IMG/VR virus record: IMGVR_UViG_3300002053_000024 | Coordinates: 1-52,837 of that record | Source of the DNA: a virus | Lineage: Duplodnaviria > Caudoviricetes | Strand: one strand, 5' to 3' | Length of the DNA stretch: 52,837 bases | In this document: piece by piece, positions 36,715 through 45,897 of the stretch | Position numbering within the stretch: position 1 is the first letter of the stretch | Layout of the letters: every line of letters starts with the position of its first letter | Notes under the pieces: generated by a model | Told to the model about the DNA's origin: nothing | Databases searched by the model: none | Seen by the model: the letters and a program-made list of their open reading frames with translations, nothing else | Program-made: the position numbers and the translations under genes

Positions 36715-37395
36715 ATGATAGTAATTATTATTGGTATGCACCGGTCGGGAACGTCCGCGCTTGCGGGCCTGCTACATTCAAATAATATTAGCATGGGAAA
36801 GGACGGGGACTTTTACCCGCCGCCTGCAAAGGAAAACCCGAAAGGGTTTTACGAAAACGTGCGCTTCCGTAGGGTTAACGACGCTATACTAGCCCTTCAT
36901 GGATACAAAGTAAAATCATTCAGCCCGACGATTCCAACCGTCGTGTCGGCAAGTGATGAAATAAATACTGCTATGGGAAATCTGATTTTGGAATACTGCC
37001 CGCTTGGGAATTGGGGATGGAAAGACCCGCGAACCTGTTTAACCATATACGCTTGGCTTTCCATATTGGAACGAATCGGAAAGTTGAAGAAAGTAAGGAT
37101 AGTAGTTATCGAACGATCATACGAAAGCGTGGCCCGATCTATGCGCGCGCGGGGCAACAAAGAACAATATGATTTGCAGTTTGTAAAATTAGCAAGTCAA
37201 TACCAGTTTTATTTCCAAAAAGGATTTATTTCTTTTGTGAAGGAACACGGCGAAGATATTCCGATCACTAGCATTAATTTTCGCGAACTTATTTTCGATA
37301 CGGCAAATACTGCTATTAAGCTTTCCGATTTTCTGGAACACGATATAACAGATATTTCCTTTGTCGAAGAAGGGATAGCTAAAAATGTCCCGTAA
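36715..37395 (+). CDS. PAPS-dependent sulfotransferase family protein
   Basis: GMHRSGTS 5'-PSB loop, NPKGFYE, WGWKDPRT, R..S 3'-PB motif. Confidence 0.88.
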   Translation: MIVIIIGMHRSGTSALAGLLHSNNISMGKDGDFYPPPAKENPKGFYENVRFRRVNDAILALHGYKVKSFSPTIPTVVSASDEINTAMGNLILEYCPLGNWGWKDPRTCLTIYAWLSILERIGKLKKVRIVVIERSYESVARSMRARGNKEQYDLQFVKLASQYQFYFQKGFISFVKEHGEDIPITSINFRELIFDTANTAIKLSDFLEHDITDISFVEEGIAKNVP

Positions 37396-37927
37396 CGATC
37401 TTTGGATAGACGTTAAAATGCCCTACGCCGAAGGAAAGAAGCTTGCCTACGCATATAATCGGGCTATGGAAAGTACTACTGCCGAATGGGTACTTTTTTT
37501 AGATCAAGACCTTTTCATTTGTAATAAAAGATGGTATGAAATGTCAATACGCGCTATCCGTCAAGTTGGACACGACGCGGGTTGGATTACTGCCGTTACC
37601 AATCGGATAGGAAACCCCGGACAACGTGCGCCTAATGCACCGGCTACGCATGATCTTGTCGAACATATAGCATATGCTAAGCATATGTACGAAACGTTCG
37701 GCGATCAAGTAGTACGGTTTAGGGGCGCTTTGTGCGGGTTTTTTATTTTGACTTCCAAGACCGCTTGGAAAAAAGCAGGCGGATTTAACGAAGGACGTAC
37801 CGGCTTGAACGGTGTAGATAATGATTATAGCAGGGCAGTACAACGGGCAGGCTACACGCTTTACGGTATGCCGGGGCTTTATTTTTATCATATGTGGCGC
37901 GAAAAAAATAGATTAATGAAATGGTAG
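37385..37927 (+). CDS. Small GT2-like glycosyltransferase
   Basis: AYAYNRAM, WVLFLDQD, WKKAGGF, VDNDY, YFYH. Confidence 0.75.
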   Translation: MSRNDLWIDVKMPYAEGKKLAYAYNRAMESTTAEWVLFLDQDLFICNKRWYEMSIRAIRQVGHDAGWITAVTNRIGNPGQRAPNAPATHDLVEHIAYAKHMYETFGDQVVRFRGALCGFFILTSKTAWKKAGGFNEGRTGLNGVDNDYSRAVQRAGYTLYGMPGLYFYHMWREKNRLMKW

Positions 37928-37931
37928 TAAA

Positions 37932-39470
37932 ATGGCATTATTAGACGCTTGGACTTCCGCCGCCGCTACTTCGCTAGCAAAAAGTGTTAGCGCCGGTACG
38001 GATCGATTATTGGTAGTAGTAATCGGTGCGGAACATTCTGCCGCCGTTACCGTTACTGGTGTTACCTACGGCGATCAAAATATGGTTCATGCCTACGACG
38101 GTTCCGTATATGCCGAAGCAAGGGGAAATGCCGGGGGCGGATTCGAAGCCCTTGTGTCCATTTGGTATTTATTAGACGATGAAATAGAAGCGGCAAGTGG
38201 AACTACTATTACACCGTCTTTTTCCGCTACCCCCGCCGACGTTGTTGTTGCAGCGGGTTCATACGACAATATGGAACAAGCCGGGGGAACTACTACCGTA
38301 CTTGAATGTCATATTGCCGAAACTGCCGCAGCAACACCAAACCCGCTTTCGGTAACAATGGGAAATGGCGTAGCAGGGGATTTGATCGTTGCCGGGGCTA
38401 CGGCAGGCAACGCTACTACTTATACATGGACAGGGGTTAGCGAAGTATTCGATCAAATAGCAGCGTCAAGCTGTACTTCGGGCGGTACGCTTATTAGAAC
38501 CGGTACGGGCGACGTTGTTTGTGCGCCGACTTGTGCAAGCCAAAACCGCGCGGGAACTGCTGCCGTTGTATTTGCCCAAGCAACTGCAAGTAGTTCTTCT
38601 TCTTCGTCCGAATCAAGCCAATCAAGCCAAAGTTCCATTTCAAAACCGGAAGGGACAGCGGTTTGGGGGCATCATACTAGCGTAGAAGAAGATTGGGATA
38701 GAAACTTTTGGGGTGAATGGTCGGGCGACGGTTTAATACTTGGTTCGGGCGATAACGAAGTAATGCGCCTTGAAGCCGGTCAATCAATGGAAAGCATAAC
38801 TTGGCATTTTGGATCGGGCGAAGTAGCAATAATTAGGGACAAATATCAAACCGGGGGAAATTGTGGTGATTTGATAACGGAATACAAAACCGCTGCTACA
38901 GAAGCGGCTTGCGACGCGGCTTCGTATATTGGTTATACGGGGCCGTTTACGTCGTTAGGTTGGATAAAAATTAGGGTAAGAAGATTGGAAGGGGGCGAAA
39001 TGTGGACATACGGTAGTATAGTAACTTTGACTTCCGGTACAGCGCATCTTTTGGCATCCGGTTTGCCAAGTGGCTTAAAAGAAATTGAAATTCTTCTGAA
39101 TGGGGTTAGCACCAACACGGCAAACCAACCGCCCGTTATTCGATTAGGGGACGCGGGGGGAATAGAAACAACGGGGTATACTAGTATTGCGCGGGTAGGT
39201 GCAAACACTTCCGCCCAAACTGCATATTTTCAATTCTTCCGCGCAACGGATTTCGCTGCGGCAGAAGCTTTATCGGGGGTTATGCGTTTAGCCCGTTGGG
39301 ATTCGTCTTTGCATTTGTGGCTAATGACGTGTTTAGCAACAGAAGCGGCGCAGATAAGCCATTCCACCGGAAGAAAAACATTGTCAGAAGAATTAACCCA
39401 AATTCAAATTACTACCCCCGGTGGAGCAGCGACTTTTGATTTGGGTTCAGCGCGGGTTAGATACCGATAA
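37932..39470 (+). CDS. Modular virion/adhesion protein with a short poly-Ser linker
   Basis: Ala/Thr/Gly-rich beta domain (GTDRLLVVVI), ASSSSSSSESSQSSQSS linker, further beta domains, fiber-like C-terminus. Confidence 0.6.
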   Translation: MALLDAWTSAAATSLAKSVSAGTDRLLVVVIGAEHSAAVTVTGVTYGDQNMVHAYDGSVYAEARGNAGGGFEALVSIWYLLDDEIEAASGTTITPSFSATPADVVVAAGSYDNMEQAGGTTTVLECHIAETAAATPNPLSVTMGNGVAGDLIVAGATAGNATTYTWTGVSEVFDQIAASSCTSGGTLIRTGTGDVVCAPTCASQNRAGTAAVVFAQATASSSSSSSESSQSSQSSISKPEGTAVWGHHTSVEEDWDRNFWGEWSGDGLILGSGDNEVMRLEAGQSMESITWHFGSGEVAIIRDKYQTGGNCGDLITEYKTAATEAACDAASYIGYTGPFTSLGWIKIRVRRLEGGEMWTYGSIVTLTSGTAHLLASGLPSGLKEIEILLNGVSTNTANQPPVIRLGDAGGIETTGYTSIARVGANTSAQTAYFQFFRATDFAAAEALSGVMRLARWDSSLHLWLMTCLATEAAQISHSTGRKTLSEELTQIQITTPGGAATFDLGSARVRYR

Positions 39471-39490
39471 TTAATTAAAGGAATTTTACA

Positions 39491-39832
39491 ATGGCAGATT
39501 GGACATACAATTTGAATCAAGATTGCTTGGACATATTTACCCAAGTAGTAGAAGATATTAAACCCGGCGTTTCCGGTTGGAAAGGGGTAGAAGACGAAAC
39601 TTATGCAATGAACGCGTTAATCCTAATTGCTATGCAAGAATTAGGATACGATATGGAAGACGAATGGGCAGTAGTAGTTCAAAACAGAATTTACGAAGTA
39701 TGGACAGATGAACTAGGCCCGCCGGGGGAAGGTATAGACAATTCGGGGGCGCGCGAATCGACAGCGGTTCCCGGTCAAGTTAACGTAGCAAATGCCGCAA
39801 CGTTAGACTACTTCGAATCGAAGCTTGACTAA
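39491..39832 (+). CDS. Hypothetical acidic protein
   Basis: AAGGA RBS; TAATG coupling to the next gene. Confidence 0.65.
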   Translation: MADWTYNLNQDCLDIFTQVVEDIKPGVSGWKGVEDETYAMNALILIAMQELGYDMEDEWAVVVQNRIYEVWTDELGPPGEGIDNSGARESTAVPGQVNVANAATLDYFESKLD

Positions 39833-42800
39833 TGGCGTATAAAAACATCGACATAGATAATGGCGGTACTACTACCGGTTATGATCCGACTTTAACGGTT
39901 CCTGCTAATGCCGTTGAAGGCGATTTGATGGTTGCTATCGTCTTCACGTCGGATAATAACCCTGATATAACACCTACCCCGCCGACGTTGGAGACATGGA
40001 CGCTTTGGCCATCTGCCTCTATGCCGGTTGATGGGACGGCTGCGGTATCGCCGCCTGCTGCTTGGATTTACTGGAAAGATGTATCGGCAGCAGACGAAGC
40101 CGCTGCCGGTTCGCGTAGCTATACGTGGACGTTTAGCGGTGCGGAAGAACAAATAGGCGTACTTTTACTATTCGATCCCGGTCAAGTCGGACAGTTTGCC
40201 AAAAATGAATTGACGGGAACGCGAACTACTATCGATGCCCCTTCGGTAGATACGACAACCCAAAGTGAAATTGTTTACCATTGTGCTATTAAAGACGGGT
40301 ATGTTCAGTTTAGCGGAATCCCGTCCGGTGATGCTACAAGGGCAGATTTAACAACAGGTGGAACAAGCGACGCGTACTTTGCCCTAGCGATTGTCGAAGA
40401 AACATACGATTCGCCTACGACAACGGGGGCAAAGACGTTCACCTTGGCAACTAATGAAGCCAATGGTTTTACGTTTTCGGTAACGGACGAAGGGGCGCAA
40501 TCGTCTTCTTCTTCGTCCAGTTCTGAATCGTCACAATCAAGCAGTTCGGCGGAATTCTGCGAAATAGAAGATATTGCCGCCGCTGCCGGTTCGGAATCCA
40601 GTACAAGTAGTATTTCTTCTTCGTCGCTATCCTCGTACAGCTCCAGCAGTTCAGAGTCAAGTCTGTCGTCGTCATCTTCGTTATCATCGTCATCGCAGAG
40701 TTCCCAGGAGTGCCAGGATCTGACGATTCTGGATGAAGGATTTGAAGGTACAGGATACGAAAATACGTGGGTTGAGACTGAGGCAAATGGCGGACAGATA
40801 GATCCAGATGCATCAGCTCCTGCCAGTGCGCCGCATTGGTGGGGAAGCCAGTCACTGTTCATAAATGTGCCGACGTCTGGAACAGATATTCAGGCGTATG
40901 CAACACATACGTTTGTAGACGATTATCAACGACTGCATATAAGAGTAGAGTTTAATGTTCCGACTGCGGGTACAGTGAACTACCCGCGTGAGATCCTGAC
41001 TCTACGTAATGCTGCTGATGAGGATCTGCTAAAACTGACGTGGCTACGTACTGCGCCTCCTGAATTTATGGCGCGGCTGGCCATAGGCAGCCAAAACTGG
41101 CCCTCAACTGATACTACGTTAGACAATGATGCTAATCATGTATTAGAAGCGATTTATGACTACCAGAGTGATGAAGTACAGTGGTGGGTTGATGGAGTAC
41201 TGGAAGACACGATCACCCTGAGTGATTATTCGACAGCCTCAGATGGTAGAGCGAAGAAAGTCCTGCTTGGGCAGCTTACCGGCCCTCCCGATCCGACTGG
41301 AGGCGATTATTACATTGATAATGTAGTAATAAAGGACTGTACGTTTTATAGTCAAAGCAGCCTGTCGTCCAGCTCGGAGTCGTCCAGCTCTGCGGAGAGC
41401 ACCAGTTCGTCATCAAGCAGCTCGCTGTCCAGTTTGTCAAGTTCGTCTGAATCGTCGCTGTCGAGTAGTTCTGAAAGCAGCGAATCGTCGAGTAGCGAAT
41501 CAAGCCTTAGTTCTTCTTCGTCCAGTTCTTTGTCAAGCGAAAGCAGCAGTTCGGAATCCAGTTTATCGTCGAGTTCGTCCAGTTCGGAAAGTTCGCTTTC
41601 ATCCAGTAGCGAATCCAGTTTAAGTAGTAGTTCTGAAAGTTCGCTTTCGTCGCTTTCATCCAGTAGCGAATCGTCGCTATCCAGTTCTTCGGAATCGTCG
41701 TTATCATCCAGTTCCAGTAGCGAATCGTCGCTATCCAGTTCTTCGGAATCCAGTTCCAGTAGTATTTCTTCGTCGTCCGAATCGTCGCTTTCTTCGTCGA
41801 GCGAATCAAGTTCCAGTTCGGAATCCAGTTCGTCGGAATCGTCGCTATCGTCGAGTAGCGAATCAAGCCTTAGTTCTTCTTCGTCCAGTTCGGAAAGTTC
41901 GCTATCCAGTTCGTCTTCGTCGTCGTTAAGTTCCAGTAGCGAATCGTCTACGTCGTCGAGTTCATCCAGTAGCGAATCCAGTAGCAGTAGTTCTTCCAGT
42001 TCGTCGCTAAGTTCCAGTTCGGAATCGTCCGAATCGTCCACGTCGTCAAGTTCGGAATCTAGTATTTCTTCTTCGTCTGAATCGTCTACGTCGTCCAGTT
42101 CCGAATCTTCGGGTTCTTCTTCGTCGATAAGTTCGGATAGTTCTTTTTCTTCGTCGTCTAGTTCGCAATCCAGTTCGTCGAGTCTATCCAGTTCTTCTTC
42201 GTCGAGCGAATCAAGCCTAAGTTCCAGTTCGCAATCGTCGCTAAGTTCCAGTTCCCTTTCTTCGGATAGTTCTTCTTCGTCGCTATCCAGTTCGTCGGAA
42301 TCGTCCACTTCGTCGAGTAGTGAAAGTTCTTCTTCGTCTGCTATTCCTTGGTTTCAGCCGGTAGAACATATCGTACAAATATGTACCGTCGATTCGGGAA
42401 GCGTGGACGATATACGCGACGATGGGGGTGTGGTTCTACAATTAGCAGAATGTACCGGCGCGCCTGCCTTCACGCATGATTTTTACTTCGAAGGTGTAGC
42501 AAATGAAGAATTACAAGTAACCTTTGATTATCGCTATTCGGGCAATCTTGGTCATAATATAAAAATCCGCATTTACAATTTTAATACCCCCGGTTGGGAA
42601 GACTTAACTGCAAATACAAAGGACTTTAACGATACCGGGGCTTCGTATGAAATTGTATCCTATCCGCTTCCGAATCCGCTTACCAATTATCTTAGCAGCG
42701 GGGAAATACGACTTAGGATAGTACACAATACGGCAGGCAATACCGCACATAAATTTTATATCGATTATATCCATTTAAGCCAAACGTCGTCTTCGTCGTC

Positions 42801-43947
42801 GTTAAGCGTTTCCAAAAGTTCTTCTTCCGAATCGTCTACGTCGTCCAGTAGCGAATCGTCGTCGTCTTCGTCGCTGTCGTCTTCGTCGTCGTCGGAATCG
42901 TCTACGTCGTCCAGTTCGCAATCGTCGTTTAGTTCGTCGTCGTCGAGTAGCGAAAGTTCGTCGTCTTCGTCGTCGTCGGAATCGTCGCTAAGTTCGGATA
43001 GCTCTTTTTCTTCGTCGTCGTCAAGTTCGATATCGTCCAGTAGCGAATCGTCGCTATCCAGTTCTTCGGAATCTGTTAGCAGTAGTTCGTTATCGGTTTC
43101 CAAATCCAGTTCGTCGAGTTCATCCAGTAGCGAAAGCTTGGCTTCGCCTTCGTCTGAATCCAGTATTAGCAGTAGTTCGGAATCGTCGCTATCCAGTTCT
43201 TCTTCGTCGGAATCCGTTAGCAAATCAAGTTCCAGTTCCAGTAGCGAAAGTTCGCAAAGTATTAGTTCTTCTTCGTCGGAATCGTCCAGTTCCAGTAGCG
43301 AAAGTTCTCTATCGTCGCTGTCGTCGAGTTCGTCGAGTTCGTCGGAAAGCTTAGTAAGCGCAAGTTCGGAAAGTAGCATTTCTTCCCTGTCGAGTTCGTC
43401 GGAATCGTCTTCGTCCAGTAGCGAATCGTCTTCGTCCAGTAGCGAATCCAGTTCGTCCGAATCGGTTAGCAAGTCGAGTTCGTCCGAATCCAGTAGCAGT
43501 AGTTCGTCGCTATCCCGTTCGTCCGAATCCAGTAGTAGCAGTTCTTCTTCTGAATCATCCAGTAGCGAATCGTCGGAATCGTCCAGTTCGCAATCCAGTT
43601 CGTCGAGTTCGGAAAGTTCCAGTTCCAGTAGCTTTTCTTCTTCGTCGCAATCCAGTTCGTCGAGTTCGGAAAGTTCCAGTTCCAGTAGTTCTTCTTCGAC
43701 AAGTTCGCTGTCGTCGAGTTCGTCGAGTCTATCTATATCCAGTACGTCTTCCAGTTCCGATAGTTCTTATTCGTCCGAAAGCGTTGAAAGCAAATCCAGT
43801 TCGTCGAGTTCTTCGTCATATATACCGGTCGATCCGGTAATAGTCGTACGGTCGAAAGCAAAACCGCGATATATTGCAAAGCAGAAGAAACAAAAGTATA
43901 TTTCCGCAAAGGCAAAACCGCGATTCATCACAAAGGAAAGGTCGTAA
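39832..43947 (+). CDS. Giant serine-rich repeat protein: three globular domains separated by poly-Ser/Glu tracts, with a basic C-terminal tail
   Basis: Domains at about 39832-40497, 40708-41350 (lectin/LamG-like) and 42343-42777; Ser tracts of up to several hundred residues; C-terminal KAKPRYI..KAKPRFI repeat. Confidence 0.8.
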   Translation: MAYKNIDIDNGGTTTGYDPTLTVPANAVEGDLMVAIVFTSDNNPDITPTPPTLETWTLWPSASMPVDGTAAVSPPAAWIYWKDVSAADEAAAGSRSYTWTFSGAEEQIGVLLLFDPGQVGQFAKNELTGTRTTIDAPSVDTTTQSEIVYHCAIKDGYVQFSGIPSGDATRADLTTGGTSDAYFALAIVEETYDSPTTTGAKTFTLATNEANGFTFSVTDEGAQSSSSSSSSESSQSSSSAEFCEIEDIAAAAGSESSTSSISSSSLSSYSSSSSESSLSSSSSLSSSSQSSQECQDLTILDEGFEGTGYENTWVETEANGGQIDPDASAPASAPHWWGSQSLFINVPTSGTDIQAYATHTFVDDYQRLHIRVEFNVPTAGTVNYPREILTLRNAADEDLLKLTWLRTAPPEFMARLAIGSQNWPSTDTTLDNDANHVLEAIYDYQSDEVQWWVDGVLEDTITLSDYSTASDGRAKKVLLGQLTGPPDPTGGDYYIDNVVIKDCTFYSQSSLSSSSESSSSAESTSSSSSSSLSSLSSSSESSLSSSSESSESSSSESSLSSSSSSSLSSESSSSESSLSSSSSSSESSLSSSSESSLSSSSESSLSSLSSSSESSLSSSSESSLSSSSSSESSLSSSSESSSSSISSSSESSLSSSSESSSSSESSSSESSLSSSSESSLSSSSSSSESSLSSSSSSSLSSSSESSTSSSSSSSESSSSSSSSSSLSSSSESSESSTSSSSESSISSSSESSTSSSSESSGSSSSISSDSSFSSSSSSQSSSSSLSSSSSSSESSLSSSSQSSLSSSSLSSDSSSSSLSSSSESSTSSSSESSSSSAIPWFQPVEHIVQICTVDSGSVDDIRDDGGVVLQLAECTGAPAFTHDFYFEGVANEELQVTFDYRYSGNLGHNIKIRIYNFNTPGWEDLTANTKDFNDTGASYEIVSYPLPNPLTNYLSSGEIRLRIVHNTAGNTAHKFYIDYIHLSQTSSSSSLSVSKSSSSESSTSSSSESSSSSSLSSSSSSESSTSSSSQSSFSSSSSSSESSSSSSSSESSLSSDSSFSSSSSSSISSSSESSLSSSSESVSSSSLSVSKSSSSSSSSSESLASPSSESSISSSSESSLSSSSSSESVSKSSSSSSSESSQSISSSSSESSSSSSESSLSSLSSSSSSSSESLVSASSESSISSLSSSSESSSSSSESSSSSSESSSSESVSKSSSSESSSSSSSLSRSSESSSSSSSSESSSSESSESSSSQSSSSSSESSSSSSFSSSSQSSSSSSESSSSSSSSSTSSLSSSSSSLSISSTSSSSDSSYSSESVESKSSSSSSSSYIPVDPVIVVRSKAKPRYIAKQKKQKYISAKAKPRFITKERS
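41352..42340 (+). repeat. Degenerate Ser-codon tandem repeat tract (SSSSESSL units)
   Basis: For example a 45-nt identical block at 41484-41528 and 41847-41891. Confidence 0.9.
42778..43818 (+). repeat. Second long degenerate Ser-codon repeat tract
   Basis: Recurrent TCCAGTAGCGAATCGTC / TCGTCGAGTTC units; SVSKSSSS peptides. Confidence 0.9.
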
Positions 43948-43948
43948 A

Positions 43949-44299
43949 ATGGGAACCGAAGCAGATATCGTTATCGAAAAACAACCTTACGAAAAATGGC
44001 CCTTGGCGGTAGACTTTACCGACGATTTGGAACCAACGAACGAAAATATCGTTTTGGCAAATAGTACTATTACCGCCGAAGACGTAAACGAAGACGATGC
44101 AACGTCTTCCATTCTTGCGGGTCAGAAAGCATTAGCTACCAGTACAGAACGTACCGACGCCCGCGTTAATGCTTCCTTACAGGAAGTAATTTTGAACGGT
44201 GATCCAGATTTGAGTCCGTACAAGGTAACATATCGTATTGTTACGGATGCGGGAAACCAATTCGAAAAGGACATTATTATCCTAGTATCGGATCGGTAG
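43949..44299 (+). CDS. Putative fiber/appendage adaptor protein
   Basis: EKQPYE..VDF..G..YKVTYRIVTDAGNQFEKD pattern, directly after the Ser-rich gene. Confidence 0.5.
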   Translation: MGTEADIVIEKQPYEKWPLAVDFTDDLEPTNENIVLANSTITAEDVNEDDATSSILAGQKALATSTERTDARVNASLQEVILNGDPDLSPYKVTYRIVTDAGNQFEKDIIILVSDR

Positions 44300-44335
44300 G
44301 CCCGCTATTCCAATTAGAAAGGGGGTGATAATCCT

Positions 44336-44578
44336 ATGGTCAAGATCATGTTAAACACCATTGTAGCTGTACTAGCGCAACTTCTTACACCGGATAATAT
44401 GAAGCTATTCGCCGACAAAATGTTAGATTGGGCGGAAGACTTCATAGCGTCAACGGATAATCAAATCGACGACGCGCTAGTACTTCCTGTCATTAAAGGG
44501 ATTAGAACAACGTTCAATATTCCCGATAATGACGAACCGGCAGCGGAATTAGCAGAAACAACGCCGCCGCAACCGTAA
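44336..44578 (+). CDS. Small hypothetical protein (lysis-cassette-like)
   Basis: GGGGGT RBS; amphipathic helix; STDNQIDD motif. Confidence 0.55.
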   Translation: MVKIMLNTIVAVLAQLLTPDNMKLFADKMLDWAEDFIASTDNQIDDALVLPVIKGIRTTFNIPDNDEPAAELAETTPPQP

Positions 44579-44589
44579 GGGGGTGCAAT

Positions 44590-44964
44590 TTGAAGCGAAG
44601 AACAATCGTTCCAATTCTTCTACTTGTGCTGTTTGTCTTCGTGTCGTGTTCTGGTATGCAGTTGGGCGCGCCCGACGATTCGCCCAAGCTAAAGCAGGAA
44701 AAAGCATACTTGGCGGCGCGGAAAGAATTCGCCTTAACGTTGAAGAAATACAACGATTACTACGATAGGGCGGACGCGGCAACCAAAGCCAAGTGGAAGG
44801 AACAAATCGACCCCCTATTTCAGAAAACCGATAAAGCGTTGAAGGCGTGGAAACTTGCTATAGATGAAGGCTTCGACGCGACAAGTCAAGAACAGTTCTA
44901 CCTTGATATGAAAGGGGAATTGTTCATGCTACTTGTGGACGTTTTCAACTTGGAAGGGGGGTAG
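44590..44964 (+). CDS. Lipoprotein
   Basis: Basic N-terminus, hydrophobic core, lipobox FVS-C; GGGGGT RBS before the TTG start. Confidence 0.75.
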   Translation: MKRRTIVPILLLVLFVFVSCSGMQLGAPDDSPKLKQEKAYLAARKEFALTLKKYNDYYDRADAATKAKWKEQIDPLFQKTDKALKAWKLAIDEGFDATSQEQFYLDMKGELFMLLVDVFNLEGG

Positions 44965-44967
44965 TAA

Positions 44968-45141
44968 ATGCCATTAACTGCCGCGCACGTAATGCTAATG
45001 GACGTTCTTTTGGATCGTATCATTACGGCTTCGACAACGTTAAAAACCGTTCCCGGCATGACCGAAGAAGAAGTAAAAGCGGAAACTGCCAAGTGGGAAA
45101 AAATGTCGGATTCCGAAATGGGACGACTAGAAGGACATTAG
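44968..45141 (+). CDS. Unannotated 57-aa protein, last gene of the + operon
   Basis: GGGGGGTAGTAAATG start; MPLTAAHVMLMDVLLDRII...GRLEGH*; its stop overlaps the convergent gene's stop (TTAG). Confidence 0.7.
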   Translation: MPLTAAHVMLMDVLLDRIITASTTLKTVPGMTEEEVKAETAKWEKMSDSEMGRLEGH

Positions 45142-45485
45142 ACGAAACAACCATAATCGGCAAGGGTTCCGCTTTCTTCGTGTTTGAAACACCATTCGCA
45201 AAGAAAGCGGTTCCCTTTTTTTCTTGGTCGGACGCCGCAACAGGAACAAAGATTATCCGGTTTAGATAGTACTTCCCTTTGTGTTATTTCTTTTCTTGCG
45301 CCTTGTTTTATTGCCTTTACAAGCGTGTAGCTGCAATTAAAAAAGTCCGCAGTTTTAGCTATCGAATACCCTTCCTTCAACTTCGCTTCTACGTCTTCGT
45401 TTTTTATGTCGTAGCGATAGCGTTTAGGCGTTGGGTTTCTTTTCAACTGCTGTAGACGGTGCAACGTACGTTCCAACTTTCTCAT
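45138..45485 (-). CDS. HTH plus Cys4 zinc-finger protein (putative regulator)
   Basis: GYSIAKTADFFNCSYTLV HTH; CSCC..CEWC; GGGGG RBS before ATG 45485. Confidence 0.65.
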   Translation of the reverse strand: MRKLERTLHRLQQLKRNPTPKRYRYDIKNEDVEAKLKEGYSIAKTADFFNCSYTLVKAIKQGARKEITQREVLSKPDNLCSCCGVRPRKKGNRFLCEWCFKHEESGTLADYGCFV

Positions 45486-45897
45486 TTTGCGCCCCCAATG
45501 ATTCAAGAAAAGTGTCAATGTTTTTTACTACCTTTTCTTCGTTATACTTTTCCAGAATTTTTGGAACGCGTTTAATAAGTCCGCGCAGTTCTTCGCCTTC
45601 GTTTACCAATTTCTTCTTTCTGTTTATAAAGCCCATGCGCGACTTATTATACAGGCGTAGCAAATTATTTCTGTTCCACCAGTAAGCGTAGACATACTTT
45701 AGTTGTGCATCGTCGGTTTCTTTTATTTTGTTCCATAGCGGACGGTTAAAAGCCCCCGACCATATTTCCCATTCATCCATGTAAAGTTTCGTATCTGCCG
45801 TTTTGATAGCTTTTAATCCGGTTTTGAAATGCTTATCGATTTGGTCGGTTAAATAAAACGGTTCGAATTTTGCTACTTCTTTTGGTATAATGCTCAT
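45424..45897 (-). CDS. Hypothetical protein
   Basis: TAATG coupling to the upstream gene. Confidence 0.6.
   Translation of the reverse strand: MSIIPKEVAKFEPFYLTDQIDKHFKTGLKAIKTADTKLYMDEWEIWSGAFNRPLWNKIKETDDAQLKYVYAYWWNRNNLLRLYNKSRMGFINRKKKLVNEGEELRGLIKRVPKILEKYNEEKVVKNIDTFLESLGAQNEKVGTYVAPSTAVEKKPNA

Noticed and set aside
28716-37927. GT cluster as a DNA hypermodification or host O-antigen conversion locus
   Set aside because: Not excluded but less favoured: it lies in the virion operon, has no base hydroxymethylase or nucleotide kinase, and has no membrane GtrA/GtrB/flippase-type genes
41352-43702. Long D/E/L/S-rich and W/N-rich antisense ORFs
   Set aside because: Reverse-strand shadows of the Ser-codon repeats
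41352-43818. CRISPR array or DGR template/variable repeats
   Set aside because: Repeats are degenerate, codon-phased and lack unique spacers; no reverse transcriptase or adenine-specific mismatch pair was seen
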